Assembly (NCBI GenBank): GCA_043228905.1
Contig: JBHGNT010000001.1
Location: 13,826,001 to 13,890,000 of the forward strand
Direction of reading: 5' to 3'
Length of the DNA: 64,000 nt
From: Azolla caroliniana
Taxonomy: Eukaryota; Plantae; Polypodiophyta
The position numbers and the translations under genes are program-made. Each line of letters opens with the position of its first letter. Position 1 is the stretch's first letter. The notes beneath the pieces were generated by a model. That model searched no databases. It saw only the letters and a program-made list of their open reading frames with translations, and was not told the DNA's origin. Of the stretch, positions 49,601 to 61,155 are shown piece by piece.

Positions 49601-52600
49601 TCCTCTTCGAGGTCACCGTGAAGGAATGCCGTATTCACGTCCAGCTGCTCTACCTCGAGGTCCATGCTTGCCGCTATACTCAGCACCGTCTGGATGGAGG
49701 TCATCTTTAACACCGGGGCAAATATCTCGTCGAAGTCCACGCCCTTCTTCTGCTGGAACCCGTTCACCACGATCCTGGCTTTGTATCTCGAGGGGTTGCC
49801 GGCATCTCCCGGTTTCAACTTGTACACCCACTTATTTCGGAGTGCCCGCTTTCCTTTCAGCAACTCCACCAATTCGTACGTATGGTTCTCATGCAGGGAA
49901 TCCATCTCATCCTGCATGGCACTTAACCATTTGCGGCTGTGGGTGTCATCATTCGCTTCTTCGAAGCTTTCTAGCTCCCCCTCATCAGTTAGCAGCACAT
50001 GCTCTGCATCCGGAAATCTCCGGGGGGCCCTTATCTCTCTGAGAGGATATCTCCGTCTTTGGGCTTCGGTAACCGGGCCCTCCATTCGCTCTTCATCCGA
50101 ATCCGATTCGGGGTCTTGGCCGGTTCCGGTATCAGCTTCCTCTACTTCTTCTTCTGCCGGTTCGGTATCCTCACCGTAACCGGTTGGTTCCTCGAGTGCT
50201 AACCGGTCTCTTGCCGGTTGGATCTGTTCCTTGTAGAATTGATCCTTACCTGTCGACTAGGAGTTAATTATCTTCTTCTCCGACTCCCAGTCGGCGAGCG
50301 TCTTGTCCTCCATGAAGATAATATCTCGACTCTGGAATACCTTCTTGTCGACCAGGTCCCACACTCAGTAGCCGAACTCATCGTCGCTGTAACCGAGGAA
50401 TATGCATGGCCGGGTCTTCGGATCTAGTTTTCCTCTCCGGTCCTTAGCTACATTCACATACGCAAGACACCCGAATACCTTCAAATGCCGGTAGGATACT
50501 TCTTTACCGGTCCATACTCTCTGTGGCGTGTCTCCGTCCAAGGGTACTAAGGGTGATCTGTTTATCACATATGTCACCGTCGACAGTGCCTCAACCCAAA
50601 ACTTCTTGGGTAGTTTTGCATGCGCCAGCATACTCCGGACCCTCTCCATTATGGTCTGGTTCATCCGCTCGGCCAGCTCATTTAGTTCCGGCGTCTTCGG
50701 CACGGTAAATTCGAGCCGGATTCCCTTCGAGCGACAGTTCTCCTCGAACTGCCCCCGGTATTCACCTCCGTTATCTGCTCGAACCGCCTTCAGCTTCCGG
50801 CCGGTTTCTCTTTCCACTCTCACATGGAGCTCTTTGAAGACGGATAGCACCTGATCCTTCGTCTTCAACGGTGTGGCCCACAGCTTCCGGCTGTGGTCAT
50901 CTATGAATGTCACGAAGTACTGCGATCCTGCATGTGACTTCGTGTCCACTTGACACACATCAATATGCACCAACTCCAGTGGTGCATTACGTCTCATCGG
51001 TGGCCTTGGTCGGAAGGAGGTCCGGTTTTGCTTACCGGCCAGACAATCAGTGCACTTCTCCAAGTGCACGTTCTTCACTGGAATGAGGTTGTCGTCTGCA
51101 AGCCTCTTCATCCCCTTCTCGCTCATGTGACATAGCCTCTTGTGCCACAGCTCACCGGCAGTGTCAGATGCTACGTTCACTTCTTCCAGACATAACCGGG
51201 CATTCATCAGGTACAGAGTGTTTACCTTCCGGGCCCTAGCCACAATCAGGCTCCCTTTGTTGAACTTCATAACACCGTTCCGGATGCTACCCGTGTAGCC
51301 TTCATCATCCAGCCGACCGGCTGATATCAGGTTCAGACGAACCTCCGGAACGTGTCGGACATTTTTCAGCAGCAGCTTGCATCCGGTTGGTGTTGTCAAC
51401 CACACGTCTCCTATGCCGACAATTCGGCATGTACCTTCATTCCCCATCCGGACACAGCCGTGGTCACCAACCGAGTAGGATGAGAAGCATTTCCAGTCCG
51501 GGGTAAGGTGGAACGACGCTCCGGAGTCGACCACCCAGGTCATCTCGTCGCCGGCAAGGTTTATCTCACTCTCCTCGGTGATGAGCATCAACTCGTCTTC
51601 ACTTGCCGCGATTGTTGTTGTTCCCTTCCGGTCCGTTCCCTCCGGTCTTTACCGTTTCGGTCCGGTGTCCACTTCGAATCGGTACCGTCGGTTTCCTTGT
51701 CTTTCCGGAAATTCTGATAGTTCTTCTGGAAATGTCCCGGCTTGCCGCAATAAAAGCAGGCAGGCCTCCCCCTTGACTTTGACCGTGTCCCCGACTTCTC
51801 CCGGTTCTGGGGACTACGGTTCCTTTGTCTTCCGCGTTCCGATTCGGTAAGGTGCGCTTTGGAGTCGGAGCTCGTATCCTTATCTTTCCGACACACCTCC
51901 TCATCTAGCAAGCTCGACTTCACTCTTGCTAGGGATAACCGTTTCCCTTCCGGCCCAGCGTTGCCCAAAGTGACAACCAACGTCTCCCAGCTATCCGGGA
52001 GGGAGCCGAGCAGGAGTAGCGCCAGTGCCTCATCGGCGAGAGGTACTTCCAATGACGTTGCCTGGTGAATCAGCCCCTGGAAGGCATTCATGTGCTCCGC
52101 CATGCTTGAGCCATCTTGGTACCAGAGTCTTACTAGCTTCCGGAATACCGAAACCTGGTTAACAACATTTCTGTTTTGAAACATAATGTCGATCTTCTCC
52201 CAAAGCTCATGAGCCTTGCTCTCTTCATTTAAGTTGTTGTATAGACTCATGTCGATGAAGCACCGTATGTACGTCGTTGTCTTCATGTGCAACACCTCCC
52301 ATATCGTGGCGGTGATTTTTGTCCGGTCTCTTGTCCCCGAACTGAACTGGCAACCAAAGATCTTTAACCACGAGCATATCCCTCATCTTCGACTTCCACA
52401 CTGAATAGTTGGAGCCGGTGCGCTTGAACATGCCGCCCAACGATTCGTCCATTTTCTGTGTCGTTTCGCTCTGATACCACTTAACACGAACTACACGCTC
52501 CCTATGCGCAACGCTCGGCCACAACCGAGCTTAGAATCATACATAGAAAAAAAAAACCGGGAATCAATGCACGACACAGTGAAGAGAAGAGTACACAGGA

Positions 52601-52760
52601 TGTTTACGTGGAAAACCCAAACTAGGGAAAAACCACGGCAGCCCACAGGCTGCAAACTATCACTATGTTATAGTGTACAACAGTAAACCACTGAGGCAAC
52701 AACCTCGAGCTTTCTATCTTCGCCACAAGCGGCGGTTACAACAGAGATACGAACTCTTCG

Positions 52761-52814
<54 letters not shown>

Positions 52815-54802
52815 CACAACTGCGCTATAATCTTGCCATGACAAGAAAATTAATAGCCAAAAGTTTGCCCTAAGTCATATTTATACTAATATGACTTTTC
52901 GGCTATTTACAAATATAGCCACGATGGACTCTCAGAAACATATTTACGAATATGTCTCTTCATCCGGTGAGTGCTCCTCACCGGGCCTACATCATCCGGA
53001 TCTTGCCGGGCACTCGTCATCCGGTTCTCACCGGGTCTTCCGTTTCCAGGTACTCCTCATCTGGTTCTCACCGGGTCTGCACCATCCGGCTCTCCATAGC
53101 CGAGTACTCCTCATCCAGTTCTCACCGGGTCTGCACCATCCGGCTCTCCATAGCCGGGTACTTGTCATCCGGTTCTCCGTAGCCGGGTACTCGTCATCCG
53201 GTTTCGGCCTCGGCCTATCAGTCTCGCCCGAGTTTGTTCATCAGTACTGTTCTTCTCACTTCCCATCCGGAGGGACCTGTCTCCCAACAGGGTCTCCTGT
53301 CTTCCTCATCATTTACGTGGACGACATAATGCTCTCCGGCAGACATGCCGGAGAGCTCACCGAACTCGTTCAGAAACTAAGGTTGAAGTTTTCCATGAAG
53401 GACCTCGGTCCGGCAAGAGACATACTTGGCATGAAGATTAGTCGGCATTGCGATAAATGACAACTTTTCTTGTCTCAAACCGACTACATCAGACGTGTCT
53501 TGGAATGCTTCAACATGCACTCGGCCAAGTCTACTTCGACCCCGCTCCCCATTAACCTTTGGCTGTCTCAGTGAGACTGCCCGACATCCGGTCCGGAGGG
53601 GGAAGATATGAAGTCGGTACCGTATGCACCGGTAGTCGGCTCCCTTATGTACGCAATGGTCGCGACACGGCCTGATATTTCTCACGTCGTAGGAGTCGTC
53701 AGCAGATTCATGCACAACCCAGGCCGATCGCACTGGAACGCAGTCAAGCATGTGTTCAAATATCTAGCTGGCACAAAAGACCACAACATTCTTTTTGGCC
53801 CGAACTCAACCTCAGGCGTAGTTGGTTACACCGACTCGGACTTGGCCGACTACGTGGACAATCGGAAATCAACAACCGGATATTGTTTCAAATTCGGCAA
53901 TGGAGCAATCTTGTGGAAGTCAAAACTTCAGGAATGCACAGCCACCTCACCGACCGAAGCGGAATATGTAGCTGCGTTCGACGCGGCAAAAGAAGCTTTA
54001 TGGCTCGGTCGGCTGGCGCACACATTTCAACAAGTCAACCTCGACTCGGCTCCAGTTGTCTACAACGATAGTCAGGGTGTTGTTTCTTTGTCAAAAAATC
54101 CGGTTCACCACAACACCTCCAAGCATATCGACATTCAATATCACTTCGTTCGGGACTGCATCATTTCAAGGAAAATCGGTCTCGAGAAAATATCCACAAC
54201 CGATAATGTCACAGATGGAATGACCAAGTGTCTTTCGGCGGATCGTTTCCGGTCCCTTCGGCACCAGATGGGCATAACGAAAAATTGGTCCGATTAAAGT
54301 CAGACACACAGCACATGATGGTTTCAGACAACAGACATCGGTTCTTTGAGGATCGGCTTTAGCTATTCCGGCCCGGCCGGTTCGGGCTTCAGTTTTCGGA
54401 TCCTGCCGACTCGAACAAAACCGATCCGTCCGACAACCTTATACATACTTGTAACTTTAGTATAACCCATGTATACGCCCATTACGGGGGAGTGTCGAAT
54501 ACGAGTGTATAATGGCCGTATTCACACTGTCCTCTTTTGGACAGCCCAAGTTTGGGCTATTTCTGTAAATAGCATAAAGGGCAGTTACCCTAGGATAGTC
54601 ACTATATATAGTGACTTTGTAACCTTTAGTAAAGGTCGGTTGGTTGTCATTTTTTGTAACTGTTGCTATTGAGAAATAAGACGTTTCTTTGTGCCTATCT
54701 CTCTCTCTCTCTCTGTGTGTATCTTGTTTCATTCTCATACACAGGTCCTTCAACATAACAAATGTTGTTTGTTCTTCCGCACCGACGACCTTGTCCCCAA
54801 CA
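43690..54802 (+). mobile_element. Copia retrotransposon: LTRs 43690-~43990 and 54492-54802, TSD CAGTT; hosts the 47697 element
   Basis: CAGTT at 43685-43689 and 54803-54807. PBS TGGTATCAGAGC follows the 5' LTR. gag 44676-45566, pol 45599-47696 resuming at 53295-54297 (IYVDDI, YTDSD, TEAEY), PPT TACGGGGGAG. Confidence 0.95.
47697..53289 (-). mobile_element. Copia retrotransposon, full length with a few stops/frameshifts: LTRs 47697-48395 and 52482-53289, TSD GGGTC
   Basis: GGGTC at 47692-47696 and 53290-53294. PBS at 52467-52479. ORFs 51588-52295, 50365-51591, 49219-50085, 48769-49209 and 48406-48732 are colinear with the 1372-aa polyprotein from the knuckle onward. Confidence 0.95.
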
Positions 54803-56056
54803 CAGTTGCATAGCTTCTATGAACTCAAGAATACAAGCACTACTTGCTGATTTGGAAGCAGTTAAATCAGTTGAGATTCAGGCAAAAAAGCAATTCTCTT
54901 CAATAAAGACTACATATGAATGGATTGCATCGACAATCCAAAATTCAGAAAGTGAGGTGTTGAAAGAGGAGTTGAAGAAAGAGCTGAACAATATGGGCAC
55001 TCAATTAGGATCACAGATGAGAGACCTTGATACTTGCAGAAATGCACATTGTGAACTAGATAATAAGTTGTCAGCTTTAAAGCTGCATTCCGAGAACCTT
55101 GCGTGCATGATGCAGGATTTAAAACAGAAAGGTTTTGAAACTTTGTGTCCATCTGTAATTGAGCACCCAATTGGTATGGAAAGTACCATTACTAGTATAG
55201 CTATATCACGGTATTGGCTTTAAAAGTTATTTATTTTTACTTCTGTGGTATAAATATCATATTAGCTAATATATTATAACTTGTGTTTGCAATCTGCCAG
55301 GTGTATATTTTGTGGCCTCGGATTCAAGCTTGAGCCTATGGATGTTGTGATTACACCGTGCTTGCACACATATCATGTGCTATGTGCTAAGTATCATTTT
55401 GAGAAAGAAAATACATGTATGGACTGTAAAACTACAGTTGCTGCTGAATGGTACTATGCTTGGGGTTTAAAAGTACACCCGTACAGTATGTAGCTCTAGG
55501 GTAAAAGCATGCGAGTGGAAACACTATTATAGCTAATTAGCTACTAAAATGGCCATAACTAATTAGCTATTTGTTTAGGTAGTCTTTTTTGTGGGAAAAT
55601 CAAATATTTGAAAAACTAATTTATGAAAAAACTCAAATATTTGAACTTTTGTTTAAGACGTAGTGGAACTTGGGGAATAGCACAATCATCTAAGGTTGAC
55701 TTCAATGTCATCAATTTCCTGTTTAGCCTAAGTTTGATTTTGAACGCAAATGCAGTACTCAGAGCACAAATGCAGACGTAGCTCCCGTAGCAGTAGAAAA
55801 TCGACATTGCAGATTCAAAGCTACAACACAGAACCCGCTCGATCATCATCCAGGTATGTTTCAGTTATAGAAACCCCAAACATTTGTTTTTTCTTTTTGA
55901 CTATTGTCTGAACTTTGGTGCCGATTCATATTTCCCCAAAATCGAATAGGGCGAAGTCCTTGGAGTCCCATACAAGGATGTCTCGCAGATCGGGGAGTAG
56001 CAGCAGGTGTGTTTATATTACCTTTTTTGTGTTTAATCCTGTCTTTAGTGATAATT

Positions 56057-56950
56057 GGGGTTTCTGATTAGGGTTTTTGTTTATAAATTTCTGATTAGAA
56101 TTTCTGATTAGGGTTTGTGATTGAAATTTCTGATTAGGGTTTCTTATTGAAATTTCTGATTAGGGTTTTTGATTATAAATTTCTGATTAGAATTTCTGAA
56201 TAGGGTTTTTGGTTACAATTTTGGATTACAGATTAGAATTTCTTATTAGAATTTTTTAATAGGGTTTTTGTTTATAAATTTTTTATTAGAATTTCTGATT
56301 AGGGTTTGTGATTGAAATTTCTGATTAGGGTTTTTTATTATAAATTTCTGATTAGAATTTCTAAATAGGGTTTCTGGTTACAAATTTTGATTATAGATTA
56401 GAATTTCTGAATAGGGTTTTTGTTTATAAATTTTTTATTAGAATTTCTGATTAGGGTTTGTGATTGAAATTTCTGATTAGGGTTTCTGATTGAAATTTCT
56501 GATTAGGGTTTTTGATTATAAATTTCTGATTAGAATTTCTGAATAGGGTTTCTGGTTACAAACTTCTGATTACAGATTTTGATTAGGGTTTCTGATTTCA
56601 AACTTCTGATTACAGATTTTGATTAGGGTTTCTGATTTCAAATTTCTGAATACAAATTATGATTAGGGTTTCTGTTTCTGGTTACAATTTTCTGATTATG
56701 GTTTCTGATTAAAATTTCTGATTAGGGTTTTTGATTATAAATTTCTGATTAGAATTTCTGAATAGGGTTTCTGGTTACAAACTTCTGATTACAGATTTTG
56801 ATTAGGGTTTCTGATTTCAAATTTCTGAATACAAATTATGATTAGGGTTTCTGTTTACAAATATCTTATTGCAATTTCTGAAAGGGGTTTTTGATTTGCT
56901 AAGTTAATGATTTTGCACTATTTCTGTTGTTGTTGATTGGGGTTTCTGAT
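56057..56950 (+). repeat. ~13-bp minisatellite (GATTAGGGTTTCT / GATTAGAATTTCT / GATTGAAATTTCT variants) with about 20 TAGGGTTT telo-box motifs, inside predicted intron 56007-57002
   Basis: Direct reading. Bounded by CAG|GTGTGT (56006/7) and TTTCAG|ATG (57002/3). Confidence 0.9.
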
Positions 56951-57002
56951 TCTAACATATTTTGATTTTGCACTATTTCGGATTTCTCATTTGATATTTC
57001 AG

Positions 57003-59517
57003 ATGGCTCGTTCCTCCGTATCCGAGAGTGCTAAACTTCGCAAAATTTTGCGAGACAAAGGAGGACTTCCACAACACCTATGGTCTGTCACTCGAGGGTA
57101 TTGACCCTGCTGTCCTAAGTGATAAATTGATCAGTGATGTAGACTAGATGACAGTATATACAGTGCCTAGAGTCAAAGGCAAGGTCAAGTTGAAACATGT
57201 ACGAGTCGACTTGTACGATGACTGCATGAGGTTGCACCAAAAAGTTCATCAGGAGATCCCAGTCAACAATGAGTTGTCAATTTCATTTGCTAGAGCATTT
57301 GCATATGAGTACTGCAAAACAACGAAGGAATCCAGAGACCCTGAAATGTATAGGGTAGCTTGGGCAGTCTTTGGTGAGGCATCAGTTGAAAGATGCCGAA
57401 AGATGGGGACCTTGGCACAAAAAATAGACAGATTTTGGAGCATGGCAGCTGTTGATGCAACTGCCGACTCCTAGCAAAACCGGGGGCATACACCACACCG
57501 ACACCCAAGGAAAGCCAATGTCGATGATATAGGTGAGACATTGGTTAGCTATATGCTAAAAAATGTCCATGAAGCCTGTGAGACATTGGCATTTTTTAAG
57601 ATTGATTTAGAGAAAGCCACAATGGCTTCTGCAATGGAGAGCAAAGTTACTTTAGCTGTTACAATGATTAGAAATAAGATTCAGGTAATTATTGTTTTGC
57701 TGGTATGTGATTGTGTTATAAATAACTTTAAGGGTAAAATGTGCTAATCAAGCATTGTCTGGAATAGGTTGCGCAACAGGAGCTTGAATTAGAGGGCCCG
57801 ATGGATCCCCAACGTAAAATACAACTGCAAACAGAGATCCAGGTTCTTTCAATGAACCTGGACCTTCTAGGTGTAAATACTGTTGCAGATTACAATTTGG
57901 AAAAGCTTCAAGTAAGTTAACGATTCCTAAGCAAAGTTGGTGTATCTTTCTCAGACGGGAATAATTAATCGGTAAATTTCTCTGTTGCGTTGAAGGAACA
58001 ATACATTCATCAAGAACAGGTAGTTAGTTGCCTTAAGAAGCAGCTACATTTTGTGGAGGGAATGGTAAGGAGCAGACAGGATTTGGACTGAACATTCTTG
58101 CTCCCTTACCAAATGAAGGAGAACCAGAAAATGATTTATTGACAGTTCAAGCACGTTGCATCGCTTGCGGGTTAGGTGTGGAGGACAAAACTATGTCTTT
58201 GTTGGTTCACCTACAACCATGCAACCACACATACCATCTACTTTGTTTTCAATATGCCTGTTAAATTGCTGCATTCTGTTTGGGAGATTGCAGTACAGCT
58301 CTACCAAATGAGTGGAGAAAACTAACAGGTATACCATACTGTAGCTAATAAGCTTAGTCTTTTCTAATTACCTAAGCCGTAAAAGGTATGGAAACTATTT
58401 TGTTGCTATCGTTGTAGCTAATTAACTAGTACCATAGTTGATTAAAGTAGCTAATAGCTATCCTAGTAGCTAATTAGCTACTGCCATAGTTTACTACAGT
58501 AGTTAATTAGCTAAGTGGCAGCTAGTTAGCTACTAGCTAATTAGCTATCCTACTGGCAGCTAATTAGCTATCCTACTGGTAGCATAGCTAATTAGCTAGT
58601 ACCATGGTTGTGTAAAGTAGCTAATTAGCTATCCTACTAGCTAATTAGCTACTGGCAGCTAATGAGCTAGTAGCTAATTAGCTATCCTAGCTATTACCAT
58701 AGTTGAGAAAAGTAGCTAATTAGCTATCCTAGCTACTACTATAGTTGAGTAAAGTAGCTAATTAGCTATCCTAGCTACTACCATAGTTGAGTAAAGTAGC
58801 TAATTAGCTATCCTAGCTACTACCATAGTTGAGTAAAGTAGCTAATTAGCTACCATAGTAGCTAATTAGCTATCCTAGCTACTACCATAGTTAGTAAAGT
58901 AGTTAATTAGCTATCCTAGCTACTACCATAGTTTAGTAAAGTAGCTAATTAGCTATCCTAAATAGTTGCCATGTTATTGTAGATCCTGTGGATTAAGGAC
59001 GGCACATGATGTGTCGGGTGTTGATGACGCTGCAACAGATGAGGAGATAGCTGCCAACGTGGCTGAAAGTAAGAGTCTTGCTATCACATCTCCTTCAGAT
59101 CAGCTCCACCCTATTCTTTTGGAACAGTGTACTGAATTAGGCAACGATGTGAAATGCCATGAAATAGTGGAAACAGCATGTAAAACTGAGGTTCACAACA
59201 ATAGTGTTTTTGAACACTTGATGCAACATTTCGTCGAATCTCAAGACCTTGATTCCACCCCACCGAGCCCAACTACTAAAAATGTCCAAACTGATCCCTC
59301 TGTACTTGAAAAGCTAGCGCAAGAAATGATTGATGTGCAATTAGTTGCTGAGGCGATGGGAAGGTTGTCAGAGGAGGACACACTTGCGCATTGGGTGAAA
59401 GAAGCAAGGCTAAATAGGCAACCGACCAGAAAAAGGCTGAAGAAGGGGCCACGATCGAGAACAAGACCAATTACTCGGTCAAGGGACCCAGACGTAGTGG
59501 AGCGAAATACTGTTTAG
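57003..59517 (+). pseudogene. Cargo gene B, paralog of gene A. Exons 57003-57684, 57768-57911, 57996-58328 and 58983-~59517; several stops/frameshifts
   Basis: VNNELSISFARAFAYEY...VAWAVF versus gene A CNNEVGTVFARAFACEV...VDWEDF. Coiled-coil-like exons are joined by in-phase GT..AG introns. RING-H2 RCIACGLG...PCNHTYHLLC...CLGDC at 58154-58291. Confidence 0.72.
58340..58965. repeat. Array of the perfect 14-bp palindrome TAGCTAATTAGCTA (units ~20-42 bp) inside predicted intron 58329-58982
   Basis: Direct reading. Intron ends ACAG|GTATAC and TTGTAG|ATCC. Confidence 0.92.
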
Positions 59518-59763
59518 TTGGATATGATTGTTAGCTTAGGGATTTTGCTAGGGTTTTATGAAGTTTTACTATCCTGTTGGACAAGTAAAACCTCAGATTG
59601 GTTGTTGCTTGATCCACATTATGTAATGGAACTCTATGATGTTTTTCCAAGATAATTTGAAGAGTGTTCTATGACTGAAACTCTTTGATGTTGATTGTGT
59701 TGTTTTGTGAGACTGTTAGTTACTTTGTGAGTGTGAATATGTTGGTGTTTTCTGATGTTGCAG

Positions 59764-60700
59764 AGTCCAAAGGGTTTGATTCTATTGCTCGTAAGGCCGA
59801 TGGCAGTGTGGATATTGTTGATGTTGCGGCGTGTTTAAAGGGTCCCATCTTGAAAGTAGATGTAGCAACTGACACAAGTGATCTGGTCACACAAGTTGAT
59901 CAAGCATGTTGCACGAATGACTTGATGTTGTAGGTAGATACAGCATGTGATACCAGTGGACTGATATCGAGCAGATCAGTAGCTACATGCACCGAGGTAA
60001 TCCAAGGATTGATAACTAAGTCGACAAAACAAGAGCACCAGAATGTGAAGCCAAGCCCAACACAGTGGACTAGGGGTTTGAAGAGGAAAAGGACGCCAAT
60101 TGTGTCGGCAGAACCTGAGCTGATTGAGATTAATCGTGTCCTACCAGAAAATGGTGTAACAACGGCTCAGTTTCAGGAATGGAAACCTAAAGCACTAGAA
60201 GTCGAAAGAAGAGCCTTGATCTTGGAGCTTGATAATTCTTGATGAGTTTGAGATATATGCAGCCAAGGAGGGACGCGAATCAGTTTCTAGAGTGGGTTGT
60301 GCAATACTTTGATTTGTTTATTTGGAGTGAAAAACCAAAATCAGATGTGTGGAAGTGTTTAGCGAGATTCTTCCCAAAATGGCGAAGTCATTTTAAAGGT
60401 CAATGGGCACAAGAAAATTGTGAGCAAATGGAAGCTGCAAGATTCAAGAGACTTTCTGATTTTTGGGCTACTTGGCCTGAATATAATGCCGACAACACAT
60501 TGATTTTGGATACAAACATTTCCGGCACTACTTCAATATTCGGAGATGTTGTCTCATTCTACCCGAGGAAATGCCTGAACAGTACCTAGTGCAAACAATG
60601 AGCTGCCAACTAGGTGCATGGTTGTGGACTCCATACCGAGCTCGATATGCGGATAATATATGTAGACTCGTTCCACTGACTAGCAAGAGCTTAGTTGTTT
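59764..60700 (+). pseudogene. FCP1/NIF-family (HAD) phosphatase-like domain protein, frameshifted
   Basis: RRALILELDNSL (cf. motif I LVLDLDxTL), RRDANQFLEWVVQYFDLFIWS (cf. RPxxxxFL...F.VxIWS), WAQENCE, FKRLSDFWATWPEYNADNTLILD (cf. KDL..VW...Y...NT.LxDD). Confidence 0.7.
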
Positions 60701-60852
60701 ATAGGAGATTTGTAGACATTTCCAATGGTAATTTATAAATATGTAAAGAGATGACATTATTCAATGAAGAATTTAATTACTTGTTCCCACTGTACTTATC
60801 TATTGTGTAATTTGAGGAATATGTTGCAGATTGTTGATTTCATGCTAGTGCT

Positions 60853-61155
60853 TTATTTAACTGTATTTTCGAAATACATGTTTGTTTTACACGAAAAGAT
60901 GGTAATTGCTACTTGTAGCTACAAGTTACATGGCATACTGTTGTACATGGTTCTATTGACAGCTAATTAGCTATCGACGATTATTTAGCTACTGACGGTT
61001 AATTAGCTACTGACAGCTAATTAGCTACTAGTTGTATACAAGAAATTGATTCTCAAACGAATTTATTTAACTGTTTTCGCAAAATACATGTTTGTTTTAC
61101 AAGAGAACATGGTAATTGCTACTTGTAGCTACAAATTCCATGGCATACTATCGTA
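60853..61155. repeat. ~95-bp direct repeat (60853-~60945 and ~61063-61155) overlapping the transposase stop codon
   Basis: TTATTTAACTG...AAATACATGTTTGTTTTACA...ATGGTAATTGCTACTTGTAGCTACAA...CATGGCATACT occurs twice, with palindrome motifs between the copies. Confidence 0.8.

Larger units (their letters stand above)
43065..55493 (+). pseudogene. Cargo gene A: unknown N-terminal domain + coiled coil + RING-H2. Segments ~43065-43689 | (Copia) | 54808-55210 | intron 55211-55300 | 55301-55493
   Basis: The reading frame EQMMAS|CIASMNSRIQ is restored by removing 43690-54807. A GT..AG intron joins ...AISR|CIFCGLG...PCLHTYHVLC...CMDC (C3H2C3). One in-frame TGA at ~43278. The start is not located; upstream UTR/intron-like sequence lies at 33060-33887. 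Confidence 0.7.

Noticed and set aside
56057-56950. Telomere or interstitial telomeric tract
   Set aside because: TTAGGG is never directly tandem. It sits within a 13-bp unit alternating with non-telomeric variants.
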